A DNA stretch of 21,774 bases from Candidatus Methylomirabilia bacterium (GCA_041492755.1 JBGPXN010000068.1:1-21774); one strand, 5' to 3'. Positions 1 to 8,537 are shown, counted from the stretch's first letter. The notes: generated by a model not told the origin, from the sequence alone. Translations and numbers: made by a program.

Positions 1-843
1 GCCGCCTTCGAGCAGGTGACTGGCGAATGAGTGGCGCAACACGTGCGGCGACACGCGTCCGCGCACACCGGCGGCGGCCGCCGCGCGGCGCACGATGATC
101 CAGAGCGACTGGCGCGACAAGGTGGTGCCCCGCGGGTTGACGAACAGCCGTCCGCCGTCACGCCGGCGCGTGAAGTACGGGCGCGCGGTCGTCAGATACT
201 TCCGCACCCACTCCATCGCCACCGCGCCCAGTGGCACCAGCCGCTGCTTGCGTCCCTTGCCCGTGCAGATCACGTAGCCCGCGCTGAGATTGACGTCGTC
301 GGTGCGCAGCCCCAGACACTCGGACGCGCGCATGCCCGTCGCGTAGAGGACTTCCAGGAGCGCGCGGTCACGCAGGCCCCGCGCATTCCCCACGTCCGGA
401 CTTTCCACCAGCGTGGCCACGACGGACGGCGACAGCGCGCGGGGCAGCGGTCGGGTCGGACGCGGCCGGTCGATGTGCTCGGTCGGATCGCGCCGGAGCG
501 CGCCGGCGTCGACGAGATGGCGGTAGAGTCCGCGGAGCGCGGAGAGCCGCCGCGCCACGCTCGCCGCGCTGAGCCCGTTGCCCCGCCCGTGCTCGAGATA
601 GCGGATGACCTCTTCGGCACGCGCCGCCTCCAGCGGGCGGCGGCCGAGAAAGCGGCGATAGTCGTCGAGGTCCCGGCGATAGGCGGCGATGGTGTTTGGT
701 GACAGGCCGCGCTCCACCCGCAGCACGGCGAGATAGTCGGTGACCGCGGGCGGCGGCGAAGTCGTCGATGGATCGAAGCGGGTCGGTGGGGAGGGACCCG
801 GGCGCTCGCGAGCTCGGCGGCGCGGGCTGCTCGTGATGAGCAC
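1..843 (-). CDS. xerD: Site-specific tyrosine recombinase XerD, partial (runs off the window start; absent from the ORF track)
   Basis: Manual translation from GTG at 843 gives ...DYLAVLRVERGLSPNTIAAYRRDL...RDRALLEVLYATGMRASE...TGKGRKQRLVPLG...LSRQSLW...SPHVLRHSFASHLLEGG. This includes the catalytic R, K and HxLRH motifs. ERGLSxNT and the LFVN..LSRQ segment favour XerD over XerC. The start codon is tentative. Confidence 0.9.
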   Translation of the reverse strand, partial: MLITSSPRRRARERPGPSPPTRFDPSTTSPPPAVTDYLAVLRVERGLSPNTIAAYRRDLDDYRRFLGRRPLEAARAEEVIRYLEHGRGNGLSAASVARRLSALRGLYRHLVDAGALRRDPTEHIDRPRPTRPLPRALSPSVVATLVESPDVGNARGLRDRALLEVLYATGMRASECLGLRTDDVNLSAGYVICTGKGRKQRLVPLGAVAMEWVRKYLTTARPYFTRRRDGGRLFVNPRGTTLSRQSLWIIVRRAAAAAGVRGRVSPHVLRHSFASHLLEGG

Positions 844-848
844 GACGG

Positions 849-857
849 ATTATATCA
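849..857 (-). promoter_or_regulatory. Extended -10 promoter (TG-a-TATAAT) for xerD, overlapping the murJ stop codon
   Basis: Minus strand reads TGA TATAAT ccgtc GTG. Perfect TATAAT at 854-849, 5 nt before the GTG, with no Shine-Dalgarno (SD). Confidence 0.6.
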
Positions 858-2426
858 GGGACGGCGACGACGCGGCAACATCTCACGGAGCGCGGTGCGC
901 TCGGGCACGGCCAGGAGCACGCTCGCGATCCAGAAAATCGCGCCGCCGCCCGCCACCACGATCAGCAGCGTGACCGCGTCCCCCAGCCGACCGGTGGCCG
1001 GCCACAGCCGTGTCGCGAGCAGGCACCAGGCGGCGAGCGGCAGCGATGCTCCCAGCGTGCGGACGGCGCTCGCCGCCACCCCGCGCTCGCCGCCGGGCCC
1101 GAGTCGGCGGCGCGCGGCGATCAGCAGCGCGGCCAGGTTCACCCACGCGCCGATCGACGACGCCAGCGCGAGCCCGACGGGCCCGGCCGGCTGCATCAGC
1201 GCCACCGCCGCCACCACGTTGGCCCCGACCGCCAGCGCGCCCATCCGGACCGCGGTCCCCGGCTCGCCCAGCGCGTAGAACACCTGCGCCGCGATGCGCG
1301 CGGCCGCGAAGGCGACCAGCCCTACCGCATACCCGGCCAGCGCGTCCGCGGTGGCGGCGGTGTCGGCGGGACCGAACCGCCCCCGCTCGAACAGCACGCG
1401 GGTGATCGGCACGCGCAGCATCAGGAGGCCGACCGTCGCCGGTATCGCGACGTAGCACGACAGTCGGAGTGCGAACTGCAGCGTGGCCGCCACCCCCGCG
1501 TCGTCTCGGGCGGCGGCTTGCCGCGCCATCGCGGGCAAGGAGGCCGACGCGAGCGCGATGCCGAACACGCCGAGCGGGAACTCCATCAGCCGGTCGGCGT
1601 AGTAGAGGAACGAGATGCTGCCCGGGGGCAGCAGGGAGGCGAGCAGCGTGTTCACGAAGACCGTCACCTGCACCGCGGCCAGTCCGAACACGGCAGCCGG
1701 GATCAATCGGGCGACCCGGCCGACGGCCGGATGGCGCAGCTCGCTCGACGGCGCAACGAGAGCGCCCAGGCGGTGCAGGCTCGGCAGTTGCGCGGCGAGC
1801 TGGGCGACGCCGCCGACGAGCACGCCGATGGCGAGCGCGAGGACCGGCGGCTGAACGCGGCGGGCCAGCAGCAGCACGCCGCCGATCATCCCGAGATTCA
1901 GCAGGGCCGGCCCCAGGGCGGCGGCGAAGAACCGGCCATGCGTGTTGAGCACCCCGTTGGCCAGCGCGGCCAGCCCGACCAGCAGCAGGTACGGGAACAT
2001 CACGCGCGTCAGCAGCACCGTGAGCTCGGCCTGCGCGGGATCGGCGGTGAGGCCGGGCGCGATGACGGGCAGCAGCCACGGCGCGAGCACGATGCCGAGC
2101 ACCGTGGCCACGCCGAGCGCGAGCAGGCCCAGCGCGAGCACCGCGCGCAGCATGCGCGCGAAGTCCGCGGGCGACCGGTTCACGTGGTACTCGCTGAGCA
2201 CCGGGATGACCGCGGTGGACAGCGCGCCCTCGGCGAGCAGGCGGCGCAGCATGTTCGGAATCCGGAAGGCCACGAAGAACGCGTCGGTGATCGGCCCGGC
2301 GCCGAACGCGAGCGCGACGACCATGTCGCGCACGAACCCCAGGATGCGGCTGGCCAGCGTCGCGCTCCCGATGGAGCCGAGAGCCCGGACGATCTGGCCC
2401 TCGTGACCGGCGCGCTCGGGCATCAT
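855..2426 (-). CDS. murJ: Lipid II flippase MurJ (MviN)
   Basis: SRILGFVRD, DAFFVAFRIPNMLRRLLAEGALS and LYYADRLMEFPLGVFG motifs; multi-TM protein. GGAGG (2437-2433) lies 6 nt before ATG 2426, so this start is preferred over GTG 2432. Confidence 0.96.
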   Translation of the reverse strand: MMPERAGHEGQIVRALGSIGSATLASRILGFVRDMVVALAFGAGPITDAFFVAFRIPNMLRRLLAEGALSTAVIPVLSEYHVNRSPADFARMLRAVLALGLLALGVATVLGIVLAPWLLPVIAPGLTADPAQAELTVLLTRVMFPYLLLVGLAALANGVLNTHGRFFAAALGPALLNLGMIGGVLLLARRVQPPVLALAIGVLVGGVAQLAAQLPSLHRLGALVAPSSELRHPAVGRVARLIPAAVFGLAAVQVTVFVNTLLASLLPPGSISFLYYADRLMEFPLGVFGIALASASLPAMARQAAARDDAGVAATLQFALRLSCYVAIPATVGLLMLRVPITRVLFERGRFGPADTAATADALAGYAVGLVAFAAARIAAQVFYALGEPGTAVRMGALAVGANVVAAVALMQPAGPVGLALASSIGAWVNLAALLIAARRRLGPGGERGVAASAVRTLGASLPLAAWCLLATRLWPATGRLGDAVTLLIVVAGGGAIFWIASVLLAVPERTALREMLPRRRRP

Positions 2427-2508
2427 CGTCACCCTCCGACGGCCGCGACCATGCGCCGGGGTCCGCTGACCGCGCGCTCGGCGCCGGAGTCGCCGACGGC
2501 GATACTCT

Positions 2509-2537
2509 TTGCGTTCCCCTCCGGCCTACGGCATGAT
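2509..2537 (+). promoter_or_regulatory. Putative sigma70 promoter of rpsT
   Basis: TTGCGT (2509-2514), 17 nt spacer, CATGAT (2532-2537) in the divergent murJ/rpsT intergenic region. Confidence 0.4.
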
Positions 2538-2617
2538 GCACGACGGACGTTTACCCGGTTTTCGGCGCACGCTGGCCACGCCCGGCGGACGCTCAAGCAA
2601 TCAGGAGGCATTCCCCG

Positions 2618-2872
2618 GTGGCGAACACGAAGTCGGCGATCAAACGCATCCGTCAAAACGACAAGCGGCGCCTGCGCAACCGCATCGTCCGCTCGAAGGT
2701 CCGCACCGTGGTCAAGTCCGCGCGCACGACGCTCGACGCCAAGACCGGCGACGCGCGCGAGGTGGTGGCGGCCGCCATCCGTGCCCTCGACAAGGCCGTT
2801 ACCAAGGGTGTGATTCACCCCAACACGGCGGCCCGCAAGAAGTCCGCTCTCGCCCGCGGCCTCGCGCACTGA
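2618..2872 (+). CDS. rpsT: 30S ribosomal protein S20
   Basis: MANTKSAIKRIRQNDKRRLRN...LDKAVTKGVIHPNTAARKKS; AGGAGG SD upstream of the GTG. Confidence 0.98.
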   Translation: MANTKSAIKRIRQNDKRRLRNRIVRSKVRTVVKSARTTLDAKTGDAREVVAAAIRALDKAVTKGVIHPNTAARKKSALARGLAH

Positions 2873-2873
2873 C

Positions 2874-4247
2874 CTACCTCGATGCGCCGCGCGCGAGCGC
2901 GGCGAGCAACGCCTCGGCGGCGGCGGTGAGGCGGGCGCCGGTGTCGGGGCCATACAGGCTGGCGCAGGTGACGTAGGCCGGCCGGGCGTAGTCCCTGGCC
3001 GTCACGAAGTACCCGAGATAGTCGTTGGTGACGCCGGCCACGAAGGGCTGCGCCCAGTGCGCGCCGGCGCTCTTTTTGATCGCCGCCCCGAATACCGTCT
3101 GTAACTCCCCGGGGATCGTCACCCAGGCCGCATCACCCACGGTGCCCGCCACGAGCTCCACGTCGCGTGGCAGCGCGTTGTCGAGGGGCAGCGTCAACGC
3201 TCCCGGCACCCACCCGCCCGCGCAGTTCTTCAGTGAGACGTACGGCGCCGGAAGCTCCAGGCGCGCCGTCCGCAGGCGCAAGGGTGCGGACCCGGCCCGG
3301 GTGGCCGCTTCCAGCGCGGCGCGCGTGGCGGTTGCGAGCTGGCGTGCGGCGCCCTGAATCTCCACTTCCCCGTGTCGCTCCGGGCTCACGTCCCCCACCG
3401 CCCCGTTGACGAAGAGGACGGGGACGCGCAGCTCGCGCTCGAGCGCGCGCGTGGCGAGCCCCATGACGTCTCCCGACAGCTTGAGATTGCGTGATCCGAG
3501 CATGGTCCCGTGGATCGCGTAGTTCCACAGCGCCGCGCGGAGCGCGCCGTTCGGCGCGGTCACCTTGAGGACCACCAGCTCCGGGTCGGTCGGATGCCCC
3601 AGGCGCCCCGTCGTGAGCGTCGGCGTCCGCACGCGGGCGGCCGCGACGCGCGCGGGCGCCCGCGCGTCCATGGCCCGGCGCACCACCGCCACCACGTCCT
3701 CGGCGAAGACGTCCCGCACGACGGGATCGTGGCGCTCGGCGCTCAGGGGCCCGAAGACGCCCGCATCGAGGAAGCCCCCGGGTCCGGAGTGCGTGTGCGA
3801 CGCGGACAGCAGCAGCACCGCCGGCGGCAGCTGCGCCGCCCGCAAGCGGCTCGCGACGGCGGCCGTGAACGCGCGGTCCACCGCGATGAGATCGAGGGTG
3901 ACCCAGACGAGGCGGCTGTCGCCGCTCTCGAGGACGAGCGCGCGGACGCCGATCGGATCAAGCACGCCCTGGTGTGGTCGAAACCAGAACGCGTGCGGAT
4001 GCCGGCCGAAGATGTCCGGCACGATGAGGCGGCGCCCGAGGGCGCCGTATCCGGCGAGCGAGGTGCCCGCCGGCACGCGCAAGTCGGCGCCGGCGGCGCC
4101 CGCGATCACGCAGTCGCGGCACGCTTCGGCGGCGCCGGCCGGCGTGGCGATGATGCCGGCCGTGGCGACCAGGACGGCCGTGGCGGCGGCGACAGCGCCG
4201 ACGACCGCCGTGGTGGCGCGCCGCCGGAGCGGTCGCAGCCGGCTCAG
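2874..4247 (-). CDS. Secreted neutral/alkaline ceramidase-family hydrolase (substrate unknown); probable CTG start overlapping the holA stop
   Basis: Motifs LAGYG, RALVL, SASHTHSGPGG, NYAIHGT, NGAVGDVSP, IPGE and NDYLGY. Signal peptide LSRLRPLRRRATTAVVGAVAAATAVLVATAGIIATPAGA. The ORF-track start at 4505 lies 258 nt inside holA and encodes low-complexity sequence. Confidence 0.8.
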   Translation of the reverse strand: MSRLRPLRRRATTAVVGAVAAATAVLVATAGIIATPAGAAEACRDCVIAGAAGADLRVPAGTSLAGYGALGRRLIVPDIFGRHPHAFWFRPHQGVLDPIGVRALVLESGDSRLVWVTLDLIAVDRAFTAAVASRLRAAQLPPAVLLLSASHTHSGPGGFLDAGVFGPLSAERHDPVVRDVFAEDVVAVVRRAMDARAPARVAAARVRTPTLTTGRLGHPTDPELVVLKVTAPNGALRAALWNYAIHGTMLGSRNLKLSGDVMGLATRALERELRVPVLFVNGAVGDVSPERHGEVEIQGAARQLATATRAALEAATRAGSAPLRLRTARLELPAPYVSLKNCAGGWVPGALTLPLDNALPRDVELVAGTVGDAAWVTIPGELQTVFGAAIKKSAGAHWAQPFVAGVTNDYLGYFVTARDYARPAYVTCASLYGPDTGARLTAAAEALLAALARGASR

Positions 4248-5287
4248 GCGCGGCCCGCGGGCGCGGCGGCGCCCACGCGCCGGCAGAGATCCACCACGAG
4301 CGCGGTGAGCTCGGCGCGCGGCTGGCCGCCCGACTTCAGCGCGCGCTCCACCTCCCAGCAGCGCCGGAGCCGCCCCGCGAGCGTGTCGGCCGTCTCCGCC
4401 GCCACGGCGGCCACCAGGGCCTGCACCACCTGGGGTGGACGGCGCAGCGTCCGCGCGATGTCCTCGACGCCCTGATCGCGCGCGCGCCACTCGCCGATCG
4501 ACCACGCCGTGCGCGCCTCGCGGGTCAGCAGCGCGACCACGAACACGGACGCCTCGGTGGCGAGCAGGCGGTCGAGGACTTTGAGCGCGCGCGGCAGGTC
4601 ACGCCGCTCGACGCTGTTGCTGATCTCGAACGCGTCGCTCACGCGATGCTCGCCCACCACCGCGGTTACCTCGTTGACGCCCACGGTCCAGTTGTCGGGA
4701 CCGCCGGCCAGGGCGGCCTTGCGCGCTTCGGCCAGCAGCAGCGCGCTGTCGATCCCGACCCAGTCGACGAGCAGCCGCGCCGCCTCCGCGCTCACGCTCA
4801 GCCCCTCGGCGCCGGCCCGCTGGCGCAGCCAGTCCTCGAGCGCGCGGGCGGTGCGTGGCCCGAGCACGATGGTCCGCTCGCGCGGCACCGCCGCCAGCAG
4901 CCAGTGATCACCGCGCCGCTCGCGGTTCGCGGCCAGGGACTCGTCGGCGAGCAGGAGCACGCACGAGGTGGGACTGGGGGCGGTCGCATAGGCGGCGAGC
5001 GCGTCGCGACCGCGGACGGCGAGGGCCTGGGCGTGCCGGACCGCGATGAGCCGCCGGGCCGCCTGCAGCGGGAACGTGAGGGCGGAGCGGATCAGCGAGT
5101 CGGCGTCGGTGTCGCGGGCGTCCAGGACCTCGCGATCGAAGACGGCGAGGGTGGGGTCGGGGAAGAGCGCCTTGCTCACCGCCGCGAGGGCGTCGTCGAG
5201 CAGTTGCGGATCGGCGCCGTGGATGAGGACGAGCGCGGGAACGTCCCCGCGCTCGAGGCTCCGAAGGAGGCCGCCGTAGTCCGCCAC
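4244..5287 (-). CDS. holA: DNA polymerase III delta subunit
   Basis: N-terminal LVLIHGAD, TFPLQAARRLIAVRHAQAL, C-terminal ERALKSGG; 347 aa; conserved leuS-lptE-holA order. Confidence 0.9.
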   Translation of the reverse strand: MADYGGLLRSLERGDVPALVLIHGADPQLLDDALAAVSKALFPDPTLAVFDREVLDARDTDADSLIRSALTFPLQAARRLIAVRHAQALAVRGRDALAAYATAPSPTSCVLLLADESLAANRERRGDHWLLAAVPRERTIVLGPRTARALEDWLRQRAGAEGLSVSAEAARLLVDWVGIDSALLLAEARKAALAGGPDNWTVGVNEVTAVVGEHRVSDAFEISNSVERRDLPRALKVLDRLLATEASVFVVALLTREARTAWSIGEWRARDQGVEDIARTLRRPPQVVQALVAAVAAETADTLAGRLRRCWEVERALKSGGQPRAELTALVVDLCRRVGAAAPAGRA

Positions 5288-5315
5288 GCCCGCCTAAAAG
5301 CCCGCCGGGTCGCGG

Positions 5316-5392
5316 TATCGAGGAGCGCCACGGCTACGCTGGGGCGCTCCGAGCGTGGGGGGGGTATGGGGGGCCATTTCGGGGTCCCCCAT
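5316..5392. repeat. Intergenic two-hairpin palindromic element (REP/MITE-like candidate)
   Basis: Stem GGAGCGCC (5322-5329)/GGCGCTCC (5343-5350) and stem ATGGGGGGCC (5366-5375)/GGTCCCCCAT (5383-5392), separated by a G8 run. Only one copy is present in this window. Confidence 0.45.
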
Positions 5393-5396
5393 CTCT

Positions 5397-5924
5397 CTAG
5401 AAGCGCTCGACGATGCGGCTGACCACGGCCCGCGCGATGTCGACGGCGGCGGAACGCACGGCCGCTTCCTCGCGGCCGATCGTCTGCGACACCTGCCCGG
5501 CCGTGCGGAAGTCGGAGCGCTCCGCCAGCACACCCTCGAAGACGACCGAGTCGCGCCGAAGGTCCTTGTAGGTCAGCTTCAGCGTGAGCACGAGCCGGTA
5601 CTGGCGGACGTTGGCGTTGGGATCGAAGGCGATGGACTGGATCTCGTAGCCGAGCACTTCGCCGTCGAGGATGGAGTCGGCCTGCTCGCCGCGGACGACG
5701 CGCAACCGGCCGTTGGTGGCGAAGGCCTCGACGAGCGCGTTGGTCACGAAGTTCTCGACACCCGGCTCCGACGTCCGGTTCCGGAGGACCGGCACCGCGA
5801 TCGTGCGCAGATGGGCCGGCAGGTTGCCGCGGAAGGAGTAGCCGCAGCCGCCGAGCACGCCCGCGCCGAGCACAGTCATGAAGGCCCGGCGGCCCACGCG
5901 CAGCGGCAGGGCTCGACCGGTCAT
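5397..5924 (-). CDS. lptE: LPS assembly lipoprotein LptE
   Basis: Lipobox VLGG-C-GYSFRG, then TIAVPVLRNRTSEPGVE...ADSILDGEV; located between leuS and holA. Confidence 0.88.
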   Translation of the reverse strand: MTGRALPLRVGRRAFMTVLGAGVLGGCGYSFRGNLPAHLRTIAVPVLRNRTSEPGVENFVTNALVEAFATNGRLRVVRGEQADSILDGEVLGYEIQSIAFDPNANVRQYRLVLTLKLTYKDLRRDSVVFEGVLAERSDFRTAGQVSQTIGREEAAVRSAAVDIARAVVSRIVERF

Positions 5925-5953
5925 CGCGTGGCTGGCTCGCGCGGCGTGGTCAT
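5921..5953 (-). other. 10-codon mini-ORF (MTTPREPATR) coupling leuS to lptE
   Basis: ATG 5953-5951 overlaps the leuS TGA (ATGA). Its own TGA at 5923-5921 overlaps the lptE ATG at 5924 (ATGA). Confidence 0.4.
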
Positions 5954-8439
5954 CGGGTGACGATGTTCACCAGCCGGCCGGGCACGAACACGACCCGCTC
6001 CACCTGGCGCCGGTCCACCCATGGGCGTACCCGCTCGTCGGCCAGCGCGCGGCGCTGCACTTCGCTCTCGGGGGCGCCGGCCTCCACCGTGAGCCGGCCC
6101 CGGACCTTGCCGTCGACCTGGACCACGACGGTCACCTCGCTCTTCACGAGGGCCGCGGGGTCGGGCTCCGGCCAGCGCGCGCGGAACAGGCTCTCGCGAT
6201 GGCCGAGCTGCGACCACAGCTCTTCGGTGACGTGCGGGCAGAACGGCCCGAGCAGGACCACGATCGTCTCGACGGCCTCGCGCATGAGCGCGCCACGCTC
6301 GGCCGCTTCGGGCCCCCTCGCCGTCGCGCTCTCGGCCTCGAAGAAGTAGAGCGCGTTGACGAGCTCCATGATCGCGCTCACCGCGGTGTTGAAGTGCAAG
6401 TCGCGCTCGATGTCGTTGGTCACCCGCTGGATGGTTTCGTGGATCGTGCGCCGGAAGGCGCGGCCGCCGTCGGTCGCGGGCGTCGTCCCGCCGCGGGCGG
6501 CGGCGCGGAGGGTGTCGAGGTGTGCGATCACGAAGCGCCACACGCGGTTGAGGAACCGCGAGGCGCCCTCGACGCCGTGGTCGTTCCAGTCGGCGTCCTT
6601 CTCGGGCGGCGCCGCGAAGAGGGAGAACAGGCGCGCGGTGTCGGCGCCGTATTTCCGGATCTGCTCGTCCGGGTCCACGATGTTGCCCTTGGACTTGGAC
6701 ATCTTCGCGCCGTCCTTGATGACCATGCCCTGGCTGAGGAGGGCGAGGAACGGCTCGTCGACCTTGGTGAGGCCGAGGTCGCGGAGCGCCTTGGTGTAGA
6801 AGCGCGCGTAGAGCAGGTGGAGCACGGCGTGCTCGATGCCGCCGATGTACTGGTCGACCGGCATCCAGTACTCGGCGGCGGCCGGATCGAACATCCCGCC
6901 TTCGTAGGTCGGCGAGCAGTAGCGGAGGAAGTACCAGGACGACTCCACGAAGGTGTCCATGGTGTCCGTCTCGCGGCGCGCCGGCCCGCCGCAGCGCGGA
7001 CAGCGCGCATTGACGAAGCTTGCGACCTCGGCCAGCGGCGAGCCGCCCTTGCCGCTGATCTCCACGTCGCGCGGGAGCACGACGGGAAGGTTCTCCTCCG
7101 CTTCGGGAACCATGCCGCACCGCTCGCAGTAGAGGACGGGGATCGGCGCGCCCCAGTAACGCTGGCGACTGATCCCCCAATCGCGGAGGCGGTAGTTCAC
7201 CTTCCCTTCGCCCGCGCCGCGTTGCACCAGCCAGTCGATCGCCGTGCGCTTGGCCTCGGCCACCGAAAGCCCGTCGAGGAACCCGGAGTTGATCTTCACG
7301 CCGTCGCCCGAATAGGCCTGCGCCGTCCACCCGGCCGGGCGCGCGACGGTCTCGATGATCGGCAGCCCGTGCGCTTCGGCGAACTCCCAGTCGCGCTGGT
7401 CCTCGCCCGGCACGGCCATGATCGCGCCGGTGCCGTATCCCATGAGGACGTAGTCCGCGATGAAGAGCGGGATCTGGTGGCCGCTGAACGGGTTGGTCGC
7501 CCGCGCCCGCAGCCGGAGTCCGCGCTTGGGCCGATCGGCGGCGAGGCGCTCCATCTCCGACTGCTTGGCGACCTCGCTGCGGAACGCGGCCACCGTGGCG
7601 CGCTCGTCGTCGTCGGTGACCAGGCGGTCCACGAGCGGATGCTCCGGCGCGAGCACGGCGTAGGTCATGCCGAACGCGGTGTCGGGTCGCGTGGTGAAAA
7701 CCCGCACGGCGAGATCCGGGCGCCCCGCGACGGGAAGATCGAACTCGGCGCCCTCGCTGCGCCCGATCCAGTTCCGCTGCATGGTGAGCACACGCTCCGG
7801 CCAGCCGGGCAGCCGGTCGCACCAGGCGAGGAGCTCGTCGGCATAGGCGGTGATCTTGAAGAACCAGCCCTCGATCTCCCGCGGCGTGACGTCGGAGTCG
7901 CAGCGCCAGCACCGGCCCGCCTCGACCTGCTCGTTGGCGAGCACGGTCTGGCAGGACGGACACCAATTGACTGTAGAACGACGTCGATAGGCAAGACCTC
8001 GTTCCAGCATCTTGATGAAGACGAGCTGCTCCCATTTGTAATAGGCCGGATCGCACGTGGTGACCTCGCGGTCCCAGTCGTAGGAGATGCCCATGCGCTT
8101 GAGCTGCGTGCGCATGTTGGCGATGTTTTCGTACGTCCAGACGGCCGGGTGCACGCCGTTCTCGATGGCCGCGTTCTCCGCGGGCATGCCGAAGGCATCC
8201 CAGCCCATCGGGTGCAGCACGTTGAAGCCGCGCAGCCACTTGTAGCGGGCGAGCAGGTCACCGATGGCATACACCCGCACGTGGCCCATGTGGATGCGAC
8301 CCGACGGGTACGGGAACATCTCGAGGCAGTAGAACTTCGGGCGACCCGGGTCCTCGCGGACGTGGAACTGCTTTCGCTCCTCCCAGAAGCGTTGCCACTT
8401 CGGCTCGATCTCCTGGAAGGGATAACGGTCCGTGGACAT
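5950..8439 (-). CDS. leuS: Leucine--tRNA ligase
   Basis: FPYPSGRIHMGH (HIGH-type), GWDAFGMPAENAAI, VFTTRPDT and GYGTGAIMAVP (editing domain), DWGISRQRYWG, KMSKS. Confidence 0.99.
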   Translation of the reverse strand: MSTDRYPFQEIEPKWQRFWEERKQFHVREDPGRPKFYCLEMFPYPSGRIHMGHVRVYAIGDLLARYKWLRGFNVLHPMGWDAFGMPAENAAIENGVHPAVWTYENIANMRTQLKRMGISYDWDREVTTCDPAYYKWEQLVFIKMLERGLAYRRRSTVNWCPSCQTVLANEQVEAGRCWRCDSDVTPREIEGWFFKITAYADELLAWCDRLPGWPERVLTMQRNWIGRSEGAEFDLPVAGRPDLAVRVFTTRPDTAFGMTYAVLAPEHPLVDRLVTDDDERATVAAFRSEVAKQSEMERLAADRPKRGLRLRARATNPFSGHQIPLFIADYVLMGYGTGAIMAVPGEDQRDWEFAEAHGLPIIETVARPAGWTAQAYSGDGVKINSGFLDGLSVAEAKRTAIDWLVQRGAGEGKVNYRLRDWGISRQRYWGAPIPVLYCERCGMVPEAEENLPVVLPRDVEISGKGGSPLAEVASFVNARCPRCGGPARRETDTMDTFVESSWYFLRYCSPTYEGGMFDPAAAEYWMPVDQYIGGIEHAVLHLLYARFYTKALRDLGLTKVDEPFLALLSQGMVIKDGAKMSKSKGNIVDPDEQIRKYGADTARLFSLFAAPPEKDADWNDHGVEGASRFLNRVWRFVIAHLDTLRAAARGGTTPATDGGRAFRRTIHETIQRVTNDIERDLHFNTAVSAIMELVNALYFFEAESATARGPEAAERGALMREAVETIVVLLGPFCPHVTEELWSQLGHRESLFRARWPEPDPAALVKSEVTVVVQVDGKVRGRLTVEAGAPESEVQRRALADERVRPWVDRRQVERVVFVPGRLVNIVTR

Positions 8440-8478
8440 GATTACGCTTGAGATGTACCAGACTTAGCAGACAGAGGC

Positions 8479-8525
8479 AAGAAAGCGAGGGGGCGCCGAG
8501 CCGTTCCCGGCCCGGCGCCCCTCGC
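8479..8525 (-). terminator. Intrinsic terminator downstream of uvrC/small secreted protein
   Basis: Minus strand GCGAGGGGCGCCGGGCCG-GGAA-CGGCTCGGCGCCCCCTCGC followed by TTTCTT, about 12 nt after the stop at 8538. Confidence 0.7.
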
Positions 8526-8537
8526 GCGTTGAACGGG

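Noticed and set aside
1..843. Tyrosine recombinase as a prophage or island integrase
   Set aside because: XerD-type signature, housekeeping context next to murJ, and no att site or cargo visible.
7967..7994. Canonical dif site
   Set aside because: Lacks the ATAA-N6-TTATG core; kept only as an unexplained inverted repeat.
883..8239. Alternate-frame minus ORFs at 883-2541 and 5921-8239
   Set aside because: Arg/Gly/Ala/Pro-rich frame artefacts overlapping murJ and leuS. Only the last 10 codons of the second are retained, as the mini-ORF.
5878..8451. 857-aa + strand ORF, and similar long ORFs at 1518-2813, 9588-10952, 11889-14027, 15386-16810 and 17932-19623
   Set aside because: Antisense shadows of well-supported genes, expected in high-GC DNA; no recognisable motifs.
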